DNA of 63,012 bases, filler included, from Perkinsus chesapeaki ATCC PRA-425 (Eukaryota; Protista; Perkinsozoa): the NCBI GenBank assembly GCA_013115145.1. It is 3 parts of 3 records of this genome, joined end to end, with 100 filler letters (N's around TTAATTAATTAA, not from the genome) between each part and the next. Parts side by side here need not be neighbours in the genome. Positions count along the whole stretch, not along the records: positions 1 to 29,669 come from JAAPAO010000451.1; 2 more parts are not named here. The stretch is one strand, 5' to 3'. Under the pieces are notes generated by a model. It was not told where the DNA came from and searched no databases. It saw nothing but the letters and a program-made list of their open reading frames with translations. The position numbers and the translations under genes are program-made. Position 1 is the stretch's first letter. Each line of letters begins with the position of its first letter. Below, in pieces: positions 1 through 10,900 of the stretch.

Positions 1-679
1 CAAGAAGTCTGCCTTGACCGATTACATCACGCATGATCAGCAGCGGAAAGAACGACACAATGTCATCTGTAGGAGCCGAGGGATTCTGATTCGTGGTTGT
101 TAAAGACTCGTGAAGAGCGTTCTCAGCGCGGAAAACTCCGATTTTTCTATAAATAAGATACTCGTAGTGAGAAATGAAACGCTAATGGCTATGCTCTCGG
201 CCTCTTACGCTCCTCAGCAACCTTTCGGTGAGAAACTCTGAAATTTAATATAGTCAATAACTGAAAACGATTATTTAATGTATAATGGCTCAAGTTCAAT
301 ATTATATTCGGTAACTGGACGAACGAATCACCTTTCCCGCTCAAAATAAATATATGGAAATTTATGAAAGTGGGAAACTCGCGTGTAGATGATAACGATG
401 CAGCGTTTCCCCTCAGGCCTTGGCGATCTAATCGCTGATGTCGACTTTATCGATTCTGTACCGGAGCTGCACACCTCTATCGCTGTTGGTTTCTTGGTAG
501 GCCATTGTCACCATTATTCCTCTTCAAGAGTTTATCAGGCCAATTCTCCCGAGTCGTGTCCGGAGGCCAAAGAGCTGTTGGAGCATTATCTAGATTACTA
601 CGACATTGTTGTCACTGGTGACGGTTCAATGGACATCGTTGTGGCGATTCTCCAGGCAATCAGTGACAGCAGTCAATGA
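1..679 (+). CDS. NT5C3: Cytosolic pyrimidine 5'-nucleotidase (NT5C3/UMPH-1 family, HAD), 3' part of copy 1; 5' exons lie before the window
   Basis: Exons 1-68, 417-496 and 539-679 join in phase at GT-AG sites to give ...ERHNVICLGDLIADVDFIDSVPELHTSIAVGFLANSPESCPEAKELLEHYLDYYDIVVTGDGSMDIVVAILQAISDSSQ*. This matches HAD motif IV (NVIxLGD) and the YDIV C-terminus of the family. Confidence 0.88.
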
Positions 680-1159
680 ATGCATACACTTTGCATCAAA
701 CGTTGCCCTTCCCGGGAAAGCTTCTTGTGTTGTTACGTATTATAACGCGACCTGACTCTGGAATCTATCAAGCTCACGGAAATGCACCCCAGCACATCTT
801 GCCACAGTCCCTCAAATAAGGGTGATGATTCTTGTGAAGGAAATAACATTGTTGACATTCTTTATGTGTTCAAACTGCTTCTTCTGCAGTATGGACCGTT
901 ATACAGTGACGAGTTACGCATTAAAATTTAATGATTTAGTATTTAATGATTAAATAGTGCACTCTGTCCGTCATTCGTATTGACAATTCTAATAAAGGCC
1001 CTGGAAGGGCTGTTACGGAAGGACTGGTGGCAACTCAAGAACGACGGAGGACAAGAACTGCTTTATACCGAGTGACTTTAACCCTTTTGGGCGGACCGTC
1101 TCACATGCGACCGAATTCTCTGAGAATTATTCTCAACCTATAAAAACACCCACTGAGCA

Positions 1160-2200
1160 CTAGCATTGAGCCTTTAACGGCTTAGGCAATAACAAAACGG
1201 GCTGAGCGATCAACGCAATGATCTTCTGGTCATCGATGTCGTGCTTCTTAGCCGGCCACCAAATTAACGCCGGTGCAATAGGGGATGCTTTCCTTCTTGG
1301 GTATGGTCCAGCCGCTGGACTCCAGCGAGACTCTACCTTAGTCCACAAATGGGTGCTGCCTCGGACTCGAGTGTAGTCTCCGTCGTACAGGAGCTGGCAA
1401 CTGGCCTCTCCAGAGGCATCGGTGAACAGGTACAACACTTCAGAATGAGTCGTTCTTAAGCTCTACTCCTAGTCCCAGGGGGTCGTAGAATGCCATGACC
1501 AAACCAAAAGCTGCCTTTTGGCTCATATTCTCAGCGCTCAGGTTCATGAGGTCAGTCTTAGGGGTGTACTTGACGGAGAGCTTGTCGTGTCGCCACAAAT
1601 ATCCCAAGTAGGTAGTATCAGGTTGTTCCCATGAGCGGTACTTCTTAACCTTGTTCGGGGGGAATCCATGTCCCTTCAGAGCTTCATCAATTTCTTCTGA
1701 GGTGGCTTCCGCCTCCTGGGGAGTCCTTCCCTTGGCCAGAGAGTCGTCCACATAAACCGTTACTCTATCTATCAGTCGTACTGCTGAAATCGCCTCTCCC
1801 GAAGCAATTGCCTTCTGCATAACCTCAGCGGTCGGCTCCTTCTCATCGCAGCGGTCAGAACCATGGCTAGTAGGGGTAGCACACTCGTCGCCGTTGGGGT
1901 CAGCGTTCTCGGCGGTGGCGCTTCTCTCTCTGATCTTGCTGGTCAGCTTGCAGTAGTCCAAGTAAGCATCCAGTAGCTGCCACACTTCTGGGTCGAGTCG
2001 CTTGGCCTCATCCGGGTCGATCCTGCCTTTACGGACGTCATACATTTTCAGAGCAGCTCGAACTGCTCGAGTCAGTCCGCTAGGGGCGAAATTGGCTCCG
2101 AATATCATAGCCATCCATTGGCCAAAGTCAAGCTCGTCCAACTCGCTTACCGTGCACATCCCAAGGTACTTCTGGTTGAGCGTTCAATCCCCAGAGGCGA
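1160..2200 (-). mobile_element. Degenerate Bel/Pao-like LTR retrotransposon pol fragment (RT plus start of RNase H)
   Basis: ORF 1440-2159 has MIFGANFAPSGL (RT motif 4-like), YVDD, TYLGY and FYDPLGL (Pao-type). The adjacent ORF 1160-1438 in another frame starts LYLFTDAS (Pao RNase H). An upstream stop and a collapsed RT-RNase H spacer indicate decay. Confidence 0.75.
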
Positions 2201-2419
2201 CATAACTGGCAAACTTTGTCTGTCCGGCGGAGCAATGAGTACTTCTGGGGGGATCCATATTGAGTCAATGCGACATTGAATTGTGTGGTCGGATTGCTCT
2301 AGTCGTATAAGGGCCATCTGACATGGGCAAGGCTCTCGGCTCGAATCTGACCCGGAGTATTTTGAGTTAATGGGAGTGTGGGGAGCTGAAAGCCTTAGGC
2401 GACTAAGCTGGGAGTTGAA

Positions 2420-2494
2420 GCGCCGGCTGAGCCGGCGCGAAAAATTTTAAAAGGCAGTTGCTGCGGCCGCAGCAACTGCCTTTTAAAATTTTTC
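2420..2494. repeat. Two abutting palindromes: a 19-bp hairpin (2420-2438) and a perfect 56-bp palindrome (2439-2494) centred on GCGGCCGC
   Basis: GCGCCGGCT-G-AGCCGGCGC followed directly by GAAAAATTTTAAAAGGCAGTTGCTGCGG/CCGCAGCAACTGCCTTTTAAAATTTTTC; arms checked base by base. Confidence 0.95.
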
Positions 2495-3205
2495 AAGTGT
2501 ACGGAATAAAAGTGAACGAGATATGCTTGTGTGAAAAAAGTGTGGATTGAGATTTTGGTGTATTAAATTGGGGTGAACGAAATGAAAGTGTACGAACTTT
2601 TAGTGTACTGAATGCAAGTGTACTGAGCTTATGGATACGAGATAATAGTGAACGTACTTTTGGTAGTCGAACTGCCGATGATCTGAATAGGAGCGAACGG
2701 GTGTACCGCGATTCGTCCATTATTGTTTCGTCCATGGCATGTTCCGTCCAAGATTGTTCCGCCCAAATCGCAGTTTATCCAGGATCGTTTTGTCCAATGT
2801 GATTGTGCTCGTGACGGCATCACATATGTCAAAAATTGGCGTGGATGAAACGAGCATGTACGAATCGAAATTTACATGTACGAAGTGCATATGGATGAAA
2901 CGAGCAGATTTACAGCGAGAATGGAAGGAACGGCGTGGACGAAAGAAGCATGGGGGAAAAGCGCGTGGATGAACTGCAACTGTACGAAGTGAGCTGGAGT
3001 AAACGCGCATAGATGAAAAGAGCTGGACGAATCCGCGCATGGACGAAACAATTTTGGACGGAACATACCGTGGACGAAACAACACTGGATGAATGGCGAC
3101 ACCCCCGAGCGAACGAGCTGACTGTGTACGTGTTTCAAGCAATCGAGTTGAGTGTGAACGTGATTTATGGAGATTAAACATTAAGTGTACGTGTTTTATG
3201 TGTAC
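2495..3205. repeat. Array of degenerate short AAGTG(T/A)AC(G/T) repeats, probably one arm of an older foldback-type element, interrupted by a younger insertion
   Basis: Repeated gtgtac/gtgaac units every ~15-20 bp at 2495-2698, continuing in the same orientation at 3105-3205. Confidence 0.55.
2699..3104. mobile_element. Non-autonomous foldback/MITE-like DNA transposon with long imperfect TIRs built from TGGA(C/T)GAA subrepeats
   Basis: Left end GGGTGTACCGCGATTCGTCCA; right end reverse complement GGGTGTCGCCATTCATCCA. Region 2711-2765 is an inverted copy of ~3038-3093. GAGCGAAC flanks both ends (2691-2698 and 3107-3114), like a target-site duplication. Confidence 0.7.
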
Positions 3206-4314
3206 CAATCGTTAACATCCCCACGAAGATAGTTACCAAGGCGTTCAGTTAACTGTGAGTCAGACCAACCCGTACCACGACCATCAGCTTCATATCTGCG
3301 TAGCCAATCCCCAAAATCAGAAAGACCCTCGTAACGCTCAGGCATAGGAGTCTGCATTACTTGAATCACCGTAGACGAAATCGGATCAGACGCTAACGCA
3401 GTAGTACCACGGGCCGAAGAAGACGAAGAACCACCGTTATAACCATAGCCCATGGCCTTGAGAGCCTTTACTACCTCATTATGAGCTGTAGCATTGTCTC
3501 GGGCCATAGCACGAGCCGTCTCCGCAACCTCGTCGGACACTCCTAATTTAGGAGTCCTAAAGCCTTATACTCCTCAAACGCCAAGTTGCCAGCCTCGTCA
3601 ACATCCTTCTCAATAATAGGGAAATCACCAATCATAATAGCTTATACCGAAGAATACACTTAGTAGTAGAACAAGGAGCTGCTACCAATTAGATGTCAAG
3701 GTATAGGGGGTTGTGAACGATACCAAGTGTAGTCTTTGAAGGTATAACTTGTAGAAAACGCAAATCAGGACCTTGCACCTAATACGCACTTGTACGGGGA
3801 CAAGCAGCGTCAAGTTAATACGAATAAAAACGTATACTTACGTCGTATACCTACGTACACGATCTGTGCACTTATACGAGTATATTGCAGCACCTAAGCT
3901 ATTGGATTGTTCAATGGTCATGATAAGATCCAAGCTTCCAAAGATATATGTAATATCAACACAACCTCAATTTAAGCAGTTAAATAATAGCTTATTAACT
4001 ATGAGGATCAAACGTCAACCAATTTATAAAGAATATAACATTATATTCTATCCACTGGCTTACTAGCGTACTAGCCTACTAAGCTTTGTGCTAAGTAGAC
4101 AACATTACGAACTTATAGGAAAAGTTAAGAGACCAAGATAATCCAGCTATAGCTAGCCTAGCACAGCTCAGCCACAAGATACGTTACTCAAAGTCGTCAC
4201 AATAATTGTCTACTTAATTCGCGTCATCCCACAACAAAGTATGCCGTCTTTTTACCCATTTTAACTCAGGTCAGTTAGACGGACAAGCGTTGCCATAAAT
4301 ACAGTACAACAACA
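3196..4314 (-). mobile_element. 5' fragment of an LTR retrotransposon: putative LTR (~4314-3694), tRNA-iMet-type PBS (3687-3678) and truncated gag (3540-3196)
   Basis: Gag-like PERYEGLSDFGDWLRRYE...W...LGNYLRGDVNDWY. On the minus strand ...ACA is followed after 6 nt by TGGTAGCAGC, complementary to the 3' end of eukaryotic initiator tRNA-Met. The TGTTG outer LTR boundary is tentative. Confidence 0.6.
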
Positions 4315-4670
4315 CTGATATCAGTAATTACCGATGAAATTATAAACTTAAAGGACTATAAATTCGATCCTCCTGTCTCCATCCCACCAACATTATTGCG
4401 CTCGCCATTGTGATCTATATCGCAGTCTGCGACAAAAGCCTCCCCGAACGGCGGTCCTTCACACGGCAACCAGGTAGGCTTACCGAGACGGTTTTTCATA
4501 GCCGTTCGTTGGGCGTGGAAAAAAAGGCCACCTTCAGCCCACCACTGCAATGCAGTGACTGCATGCACTGTAGTTTATTACTAAAGCGCACTTGTTGTAT
4601 TCAGGAAAGATAAGAGGCTTCGATGACTATCACGCGCTTGCTACCCGTATATCTGCCGTGTTTCTGCCTG

Positions 4671-6716
4671 ATGAGCCCACCGATGAGCCCTAGTCTGGCT
4701 CGTCTTGCCGCGCGGTCAAATGTACATATTCGTGACGTTAAAGTGGTGAGAGATAAGTTACATAAAATGATAGAAGATGGTGGACTTGATAATCTACAGA
4801 TTGTCACCGACTTCGATCGTACCTTAACGAGGTGAGCGGCACTTTCTCCATCCGAAGGAAGTAGGTAACATACTTCCTTCGGATGGTAACCTACTGTAGG
4901 TTCGATCTCCTCATGCGTCTGTTTAATTGGTCCCGTCATATTGGCCCTGTTACCGAATTAGGAAACCATAGTATTTCTCGGTAGTCGTGTTACCGAATGA
5001 CCTACGATCATATATGTGTCTTCGGCGAGGAGTGTTTGGACTAAAAACCGTTGGGGATGTTCACACCAAAATGGGCCAGAAGTCGGTCGTTCGCCCTCCC
5101 TCGCTTCAGTAGTAAATGTAAGGCTCGCCTTCACCGCTGAAATGGTTTAGTACACATGAATATGAACATAGTAACTATCACAAACTGCAGACGAAGAATG
5201 CTCTCTTAGTCACTACGTTTCTCCCGGCGTCAGCGGTCAGTCCTGCCATGGCATCTTCGAGACCTACCCCAAGTTTACCGATGACTTCTTTGCCCGATCT
5301 CGTGCTCTTTTAAATAAGTATCACCCGATTGAGGTGAGAATTATAGGAATATCGATAGACGAATCTGAGATCAGCTTATTCAACCACGTCATGCCAGGTG
5401 CGGTTGAATTCTACCATCTCGTGGGATTTTGTAATTTAGGAATCCAACCATCTATCAAAGATTCCAGTGAACTCTACCACGTAGAATTCCCTGAAAAGAA
5501 TAACCACCGCTCGGAATGGGCCTTCAAGAGGGCGGCGTCTGATTGTCTGTAGCGCGGCTACAGTAGATAGTATTGCTTCGTTGGATGCTCGAATTTCGTG
5601 GCGAAGATCTTTTGTGTGGTCGTCGAATTAGGAGTTGCGATAATAGTGCAAGTACGTGAATCTCGGCGCTACACTGGTTTGGGGCTCCACTGCAACGCGG
5701 TTATACGACGCCCCTTGAAGGGCCCCTTCTGGTTCAATGCTAGTCTGTTCCTTGATACCGTCTCAGATGGATCCCTACATGGCCAGAGAGGAGAAGCATA
5801 AGCATATGGATTTCTGGTGGACCGAGACGCAGAAGCTCATCTGCGAGCAGGAAGTCTACAAACATGGAGTTGAAGACATTGTTGAGTTCGCTAGGTGAGC
5901 CGTTGTTGGAGCCGGCTGCTCCATCGAGCCCCCTTTCATTTCTAATGACGCCATGATTTTCAATTGTACCGTCGGTTCCAGTCCGCTACTAACATGAACT
6001 TGTCGATCCTAACCCACCCCTGGTTGTATCCTACTCGACGTACGGATCCGGCGGGAGCATGACGGTTCGAGTCCATACACTTGAGTGTGTTCGATTGTAA
6101 TGAATCAGCAACGCAACATCAAAACGGGTCTTGCCGAACCCATGTCGTGCACTGTTTGATGCGCTTGATTTCAATACTGCTAACATGAGGTTCTATAATA
6201 TTGGCCAACACCATTCAGTTGGGTACGAAATTTATTACCAGCTCTGAGATGTCCGTGAACCAACCTATGGTATCCAGCAGTGCTGGACCAGCACTATGGG
6301 TTAGTGTCCGAATTTTATGCCGCTTTCCTTAGTATGGTCGATTGGTTCGGAAGTCGTCTCGTTTAGGCAATCCAATAAATTCTCGCTGAGGTCTATGGCA
6401 CCCGAGATGCTTCAATTGGCCCACAAGGACGGAGTGCCTGTTACCATTTTGAGTGCTGGTATCGGTAACATTATCGAGTATGTGCTCAAGTGAGTGACCG
6501 CGGCTGCCTCTGCGAGCTTAGTCTGTTCTGTCAGGGGCTACGACGCTCTTTTCCCAGACAACACCGAGATCGTTTCCAACATTATGGAGTTCGATCCCGA
6601 CACGGAGCGGCTCGTGTCCTTCCGTGGTCCGCAGATTCACTGCCTTACCAAGAAGTCTGCCTTGACCGATTACATCACGCATGATCAGCAGCGGAAAGAA
6701 CGACACAATGTCATCT
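4671..6716 (+). pseudogene. NT5C3: Pyrimidine 5'-nucleotidase copy 2, apparently lacking the last two exons (3'-truncated)
   Basis: In-phase exons 4671-4831 (LQIVTDFDRTLT, HAD motif I), 5210-5333, 5767-5894, 6367-6489 (ILSAGIG) and 6535-6716. No downstream exon encoding LGD/motif IV was found before the next gene. Confidence 0.75.
4848..4886. repeat. Perfect 16-bp inverted repeat with 7-nt loop in intron 1 of NT5C3 copy 2
   Basis: CCATCCGAAGGAAGTA-ggtaaca-TACTTCCTTCGGATGG. Confidence 0.9.
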
Positions 6717-7902
6717 GTAGGCATCGAAGAATTCCCTCCCCTGCTGAATCCGCCGTGTTCCAAAACTCGCGGAATTGTTTTCTCCAGAATGCATTCTCAC
6801 AGCGGGCAGATCGAAATAGGCAACACGTTACTAGTGACTCCGTAAACACTATATATATTTTGTCGGTGTTTCATTTACTTTAGCAACCTTCAATAACTAT
6901 ACAATCAGCGCTTTAATATCTTGATAAGTTCATATACTAACATTATCAACTGTCGGTATGAAAACTCCAGTCTTGTCAGTCTAAAATGACAAGATGATAT
7001 CCGTTGTGAAATATGTGATATGATCTATCTTTATAAATATCTATGATGGGTACTGACGTGTGGGACCATTATATATACTTGTAGTTATAAACTCGCATGC
7101 AAGAATTCACCTTAACGAAATACCGATAATATCTACATTTGCAGGTGGGGAAATTCAATATTATGGATGAATTTGGATCATCTCTCCAGTTAGATAGGAA
7201 AGAGCTATAAGGAAACTCCCCGCGTTGGTTAATTGCCGCAGTTGTAACGTACAAGTCGATAACGCTTCACTTAGATGCATGTCGTAACATGCACCTCCCC
7301 TTATCAGTGAGAGCTAGAAATTATGCTTTCCCAGTTTTGGGTGGATCGTTTGACAGTTATGAGTTATGCAAGAAAGTTGTCATTTTGGCGGACATTTCTT
7401 TGGGCAATCCCATTATGCCGCTCAATACAATCGCATGATTGAGAATACACTGTATAATGTATAATTTAACGAGTCCATGATTATTTAGGCACTCATGGAG
7501 TTAGTCTGCGAAGACCTTTGAACTGCTATGCTAGAACTTTAGACTCGGATAGACTGGTGGTAACTCAATAATTCTGACGAGTGATACTCTTAGACATTGC
7601 ACGGGATACGCTGTACTCGCTAAGTTAACTAACAGTTTGATTTCATTTCGTTGTAACTCGGACGGTGGACTCGGACGTCTTTAAACAGAATGGATCTAGT
7701 GCCCCTGGAGCTGGCCGTTTCATGCGTATTTCGGGGAGCGAGTTGTCAATCTATAAAGATAAACCCGTTCAATTCATCAGCATCTCAGCCGTTAAGCAAT
7801 TAGGACAACCACGACAGGCTGTGCTCTTTAAGAAGCCTAGCCCATGATAGAGGTTCATTGACTCCAACACAAGTATCTTGCAACTGCTCAGAAACACACT
7901 CG

Positions 7903-10900
7903 TTAAATGCTCTCATGAGGCAACATCATCACTATGGGGAACATCCGCATCCTAAATAATGCAAAATAACTCCGACCTTAAGATACCGAACCTTACTAGT
8001 TTATCAAGACGCTCTGCCATTTCGGGATGGGCCAGTCGGATCAAAGTCCTCACTGTGATGCTGGTGTCATTGCACAGGCATTGCCACCAGTACACTATCC
8101 GGTATCTAAGCGATAACAGTTGGACCCAGAAATAACTCCAATGGTCGTAACAAAAATTACAGCTCAAATTGCAACGATAGATTACGCTTACAAATGAGTG
8201 TCGTTATCAGCCTCTTCTAGAGCACCATGGGACACCTCAGATGCCAAAAGCTCCGCGGAGTGCGCCCAAATGTCCAGCTGAAGGCCTTCTTCTGCAAAGC
8301 ACTCACCACTGGCATATCTTTGCAGCTTACCCAGTTGCCTATGTATTTTGGCGGTGCTTTCCAGTGTGTGAGCAAGCACTCCAAAATGAAGCTTTTTGAA
8401 CTGCTTGTTCGACTTCAACAGCCACGCGTAAAGGATCGCTGCTATCTACCATAGGAACGCAAACTTGCAAAATAGAATAAGCAATGTAACTCCCGCAAAT
8501 AGAATAAGCACTTCCCGCAAAGTGTAGACAATTTGACGGTTAAACTTGTAGAGTGATTGGCATCAGTAACTTAATGTTGACATGAACCAAATCGATCTAC
8601 TCGCCTGTCACGTTGTTACAGGACGACTGAGAAATATTTTTGCCCGAAATCACGCACTCAAGAAAAACGCACGCACCAAACCGTTATGAGAAATCGTTTT
8701 CTTGGCATTATTTTTACAACTTCACGAATAAAAACTATTCAACGGTTTGATTCACACTCTTGGACGGCGGTCTCGAGGCATTTCGCTCATCACCTCAAGC
8801 TGCGAGGAAGGCGGCTAACAAGTGTTTTCACCACGGATCCACCTAGATACAGAAGTTGCGGTTCTGGAAAATTCTGATAACTCTTTGCATTTTCACCAAC
8901 TGTCATTTAGCATATCCAATAGCGAATTAATAAAGTTACCTCTTGCCTGCCTGCTGCGGTAGCTTCCACTTTATTCAACCCGATGTCAGCAATACACTGT
9001 ATAATCTTCATGTACCGAACGCTGGCTGCCGTCGAGTGCATCGCCAGCATCATCACACGATGCACTGAATGATAGAACAGGATTAAGAAAGAAGAAACAA
9101 TGTATTCCGTCTTGCTTAATTCATGATTTTCGATCTCCTCCTCCTCCCCCGTACGACTAGTAAGATTTTCACAAGGCTAAGCGAGTCCCCATTGCCTTAC
9201 ATATTTCGTAATCGGGCAACTTGTCAGTATGTTCGGCCCACAAATCCAATAGGTCCACTGCGAGCATCGGATCCTCTGTTTCTGCTGCCCGTTCGTTCAA
9301 GATACCCATGGCGTGGTCCAAGAGCAATGCTGAAGTCAGGAAAATGCATGGCGAATCGAAACTACTTCTCACTTTTGGAGAAAGCTCCGTCGTCTCGTTC
9401 CTCCTCGCTGCCGGCCAGCTTAGTGGCAGCCGTTGGCTTGAGTGCTATGTTGATGAGAGCCTTGGTAGAAGTTTCCTGAGGAAGGTAGGATATTTTCAGA
9501 ATCAACGTATGAACCTCTCCCAGAAAATTAAGATGCTCATCAAGACCGGCGCCAGTAGTCATATTCACAGGCACTCCCCCCTCACTTCAAGCGTTGCTGC
9601 CAGTGTTGCCTGCATAATCTCTCTATCCCCCATGCCCAGCTTGTCCGCACACACCAGCGCAGCCATCGTCAAGGCCTTCAATCGCACCGGGCTGCTCGTA
9701 ATTTCTTCGACCAGTGAGTCCAAATTTGCGCAATGTATCGTATCTTTGTGGTCGACTTTGAGATGGTAGGCGAATGTGAGCACGAAGTTATCGTAATTTT
9801 CATAGTGCTTCGGAACTTGCACCAAAACCGTCGCCGAATCCTCGCCCTCCTCAGCGACTTCTTCTTCTCCTTTGTTCGATTCCCCCTTTAACCCTTCCGT
9901 TGCACGTCCACGCATCAGCGCGTCTGACACCACAATCTCAGCCAGGCCTTTGAGGTAGATCGGCTCATGACGTCCGAGGCGCGCAAGAAGTTTGAGAGCG
10001 AAGAGCTGCACTAAAGGGTATTGGAGGGCCTCTGGACCACGCCCGACTAGGTTGTCCACGAGCTTGTCGATCTTATCTGAAAAGGAGTAGTCGGCAAAAT
10101 AGCACTCTGTTGGAGTCTGTAATGGATTTTAGAGCTCAACTCGATTTTTCAGTTGGTGAAAGTAAGCGTCTTGCGGTTATTAAAAGGTTTGTTTTCCATG
10201 AAATTTCATCGGGCTTTTCAACTCCTCAAATGCAGCATTACGACAAATTGTACTGTAGTTGCCTTGCCGTTGTATAATTCTTACTACTCATACATTTCTC
10301 GCGCGCCCATTAATTATTTTGATGCTGGTCAGTTACCTTGATAGAACGGATGTAGCTCCGTGAGTTTAATGTCCTCTAAATGGCTGATGAGCCTAAGAAG
10401 ATGTGATGGCGGAATTCGGTCCACATTAGCGACTGTCGCATCTGAAATGAGAGCCGTCAGGGTAATAGCATCGCAGCGACAAAATAGAAGCGACGACGTA
10501 CTCAACAGAGCTCCAACCACCCGAGGGCTGCCGGCCATCGGATCAATGTTGGCTACGAATTGCATTAGGTTCATGATGGTAATCCGACAGGCCTTCTGGT
10601 TCTCGGGAGTGGCAAAAAAGAATCTAACCGTGTTGATGATGTTGGCAACCGGCCGTCTTGGCAGCTCCCCGAAAGGCATCACGCGCTTCATCAGTTTGAG
10701 AGCGCGAATGACCACCTCAGCTGAGGGAGGAAATAACAGAGAGATACGGCAGAGATCAACATACTGGACAGTTTTGGACGTTCGCCGAACTCAGCCATGA
10801 CAGCGTGTTGAAGTGGTGTGCCGGGGTGGACGACATCGGCCATCCTACCGAGCTCGGTTTGGGATACCTCCGATAGACCCCTAAAGAAGAGAGGCGAACC

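Noticed and set aside
2493-3208. Several 67-162 aa ORFs over the repeat arrays
   Set aside because: Translations of repetitive transposon arms, not genes.
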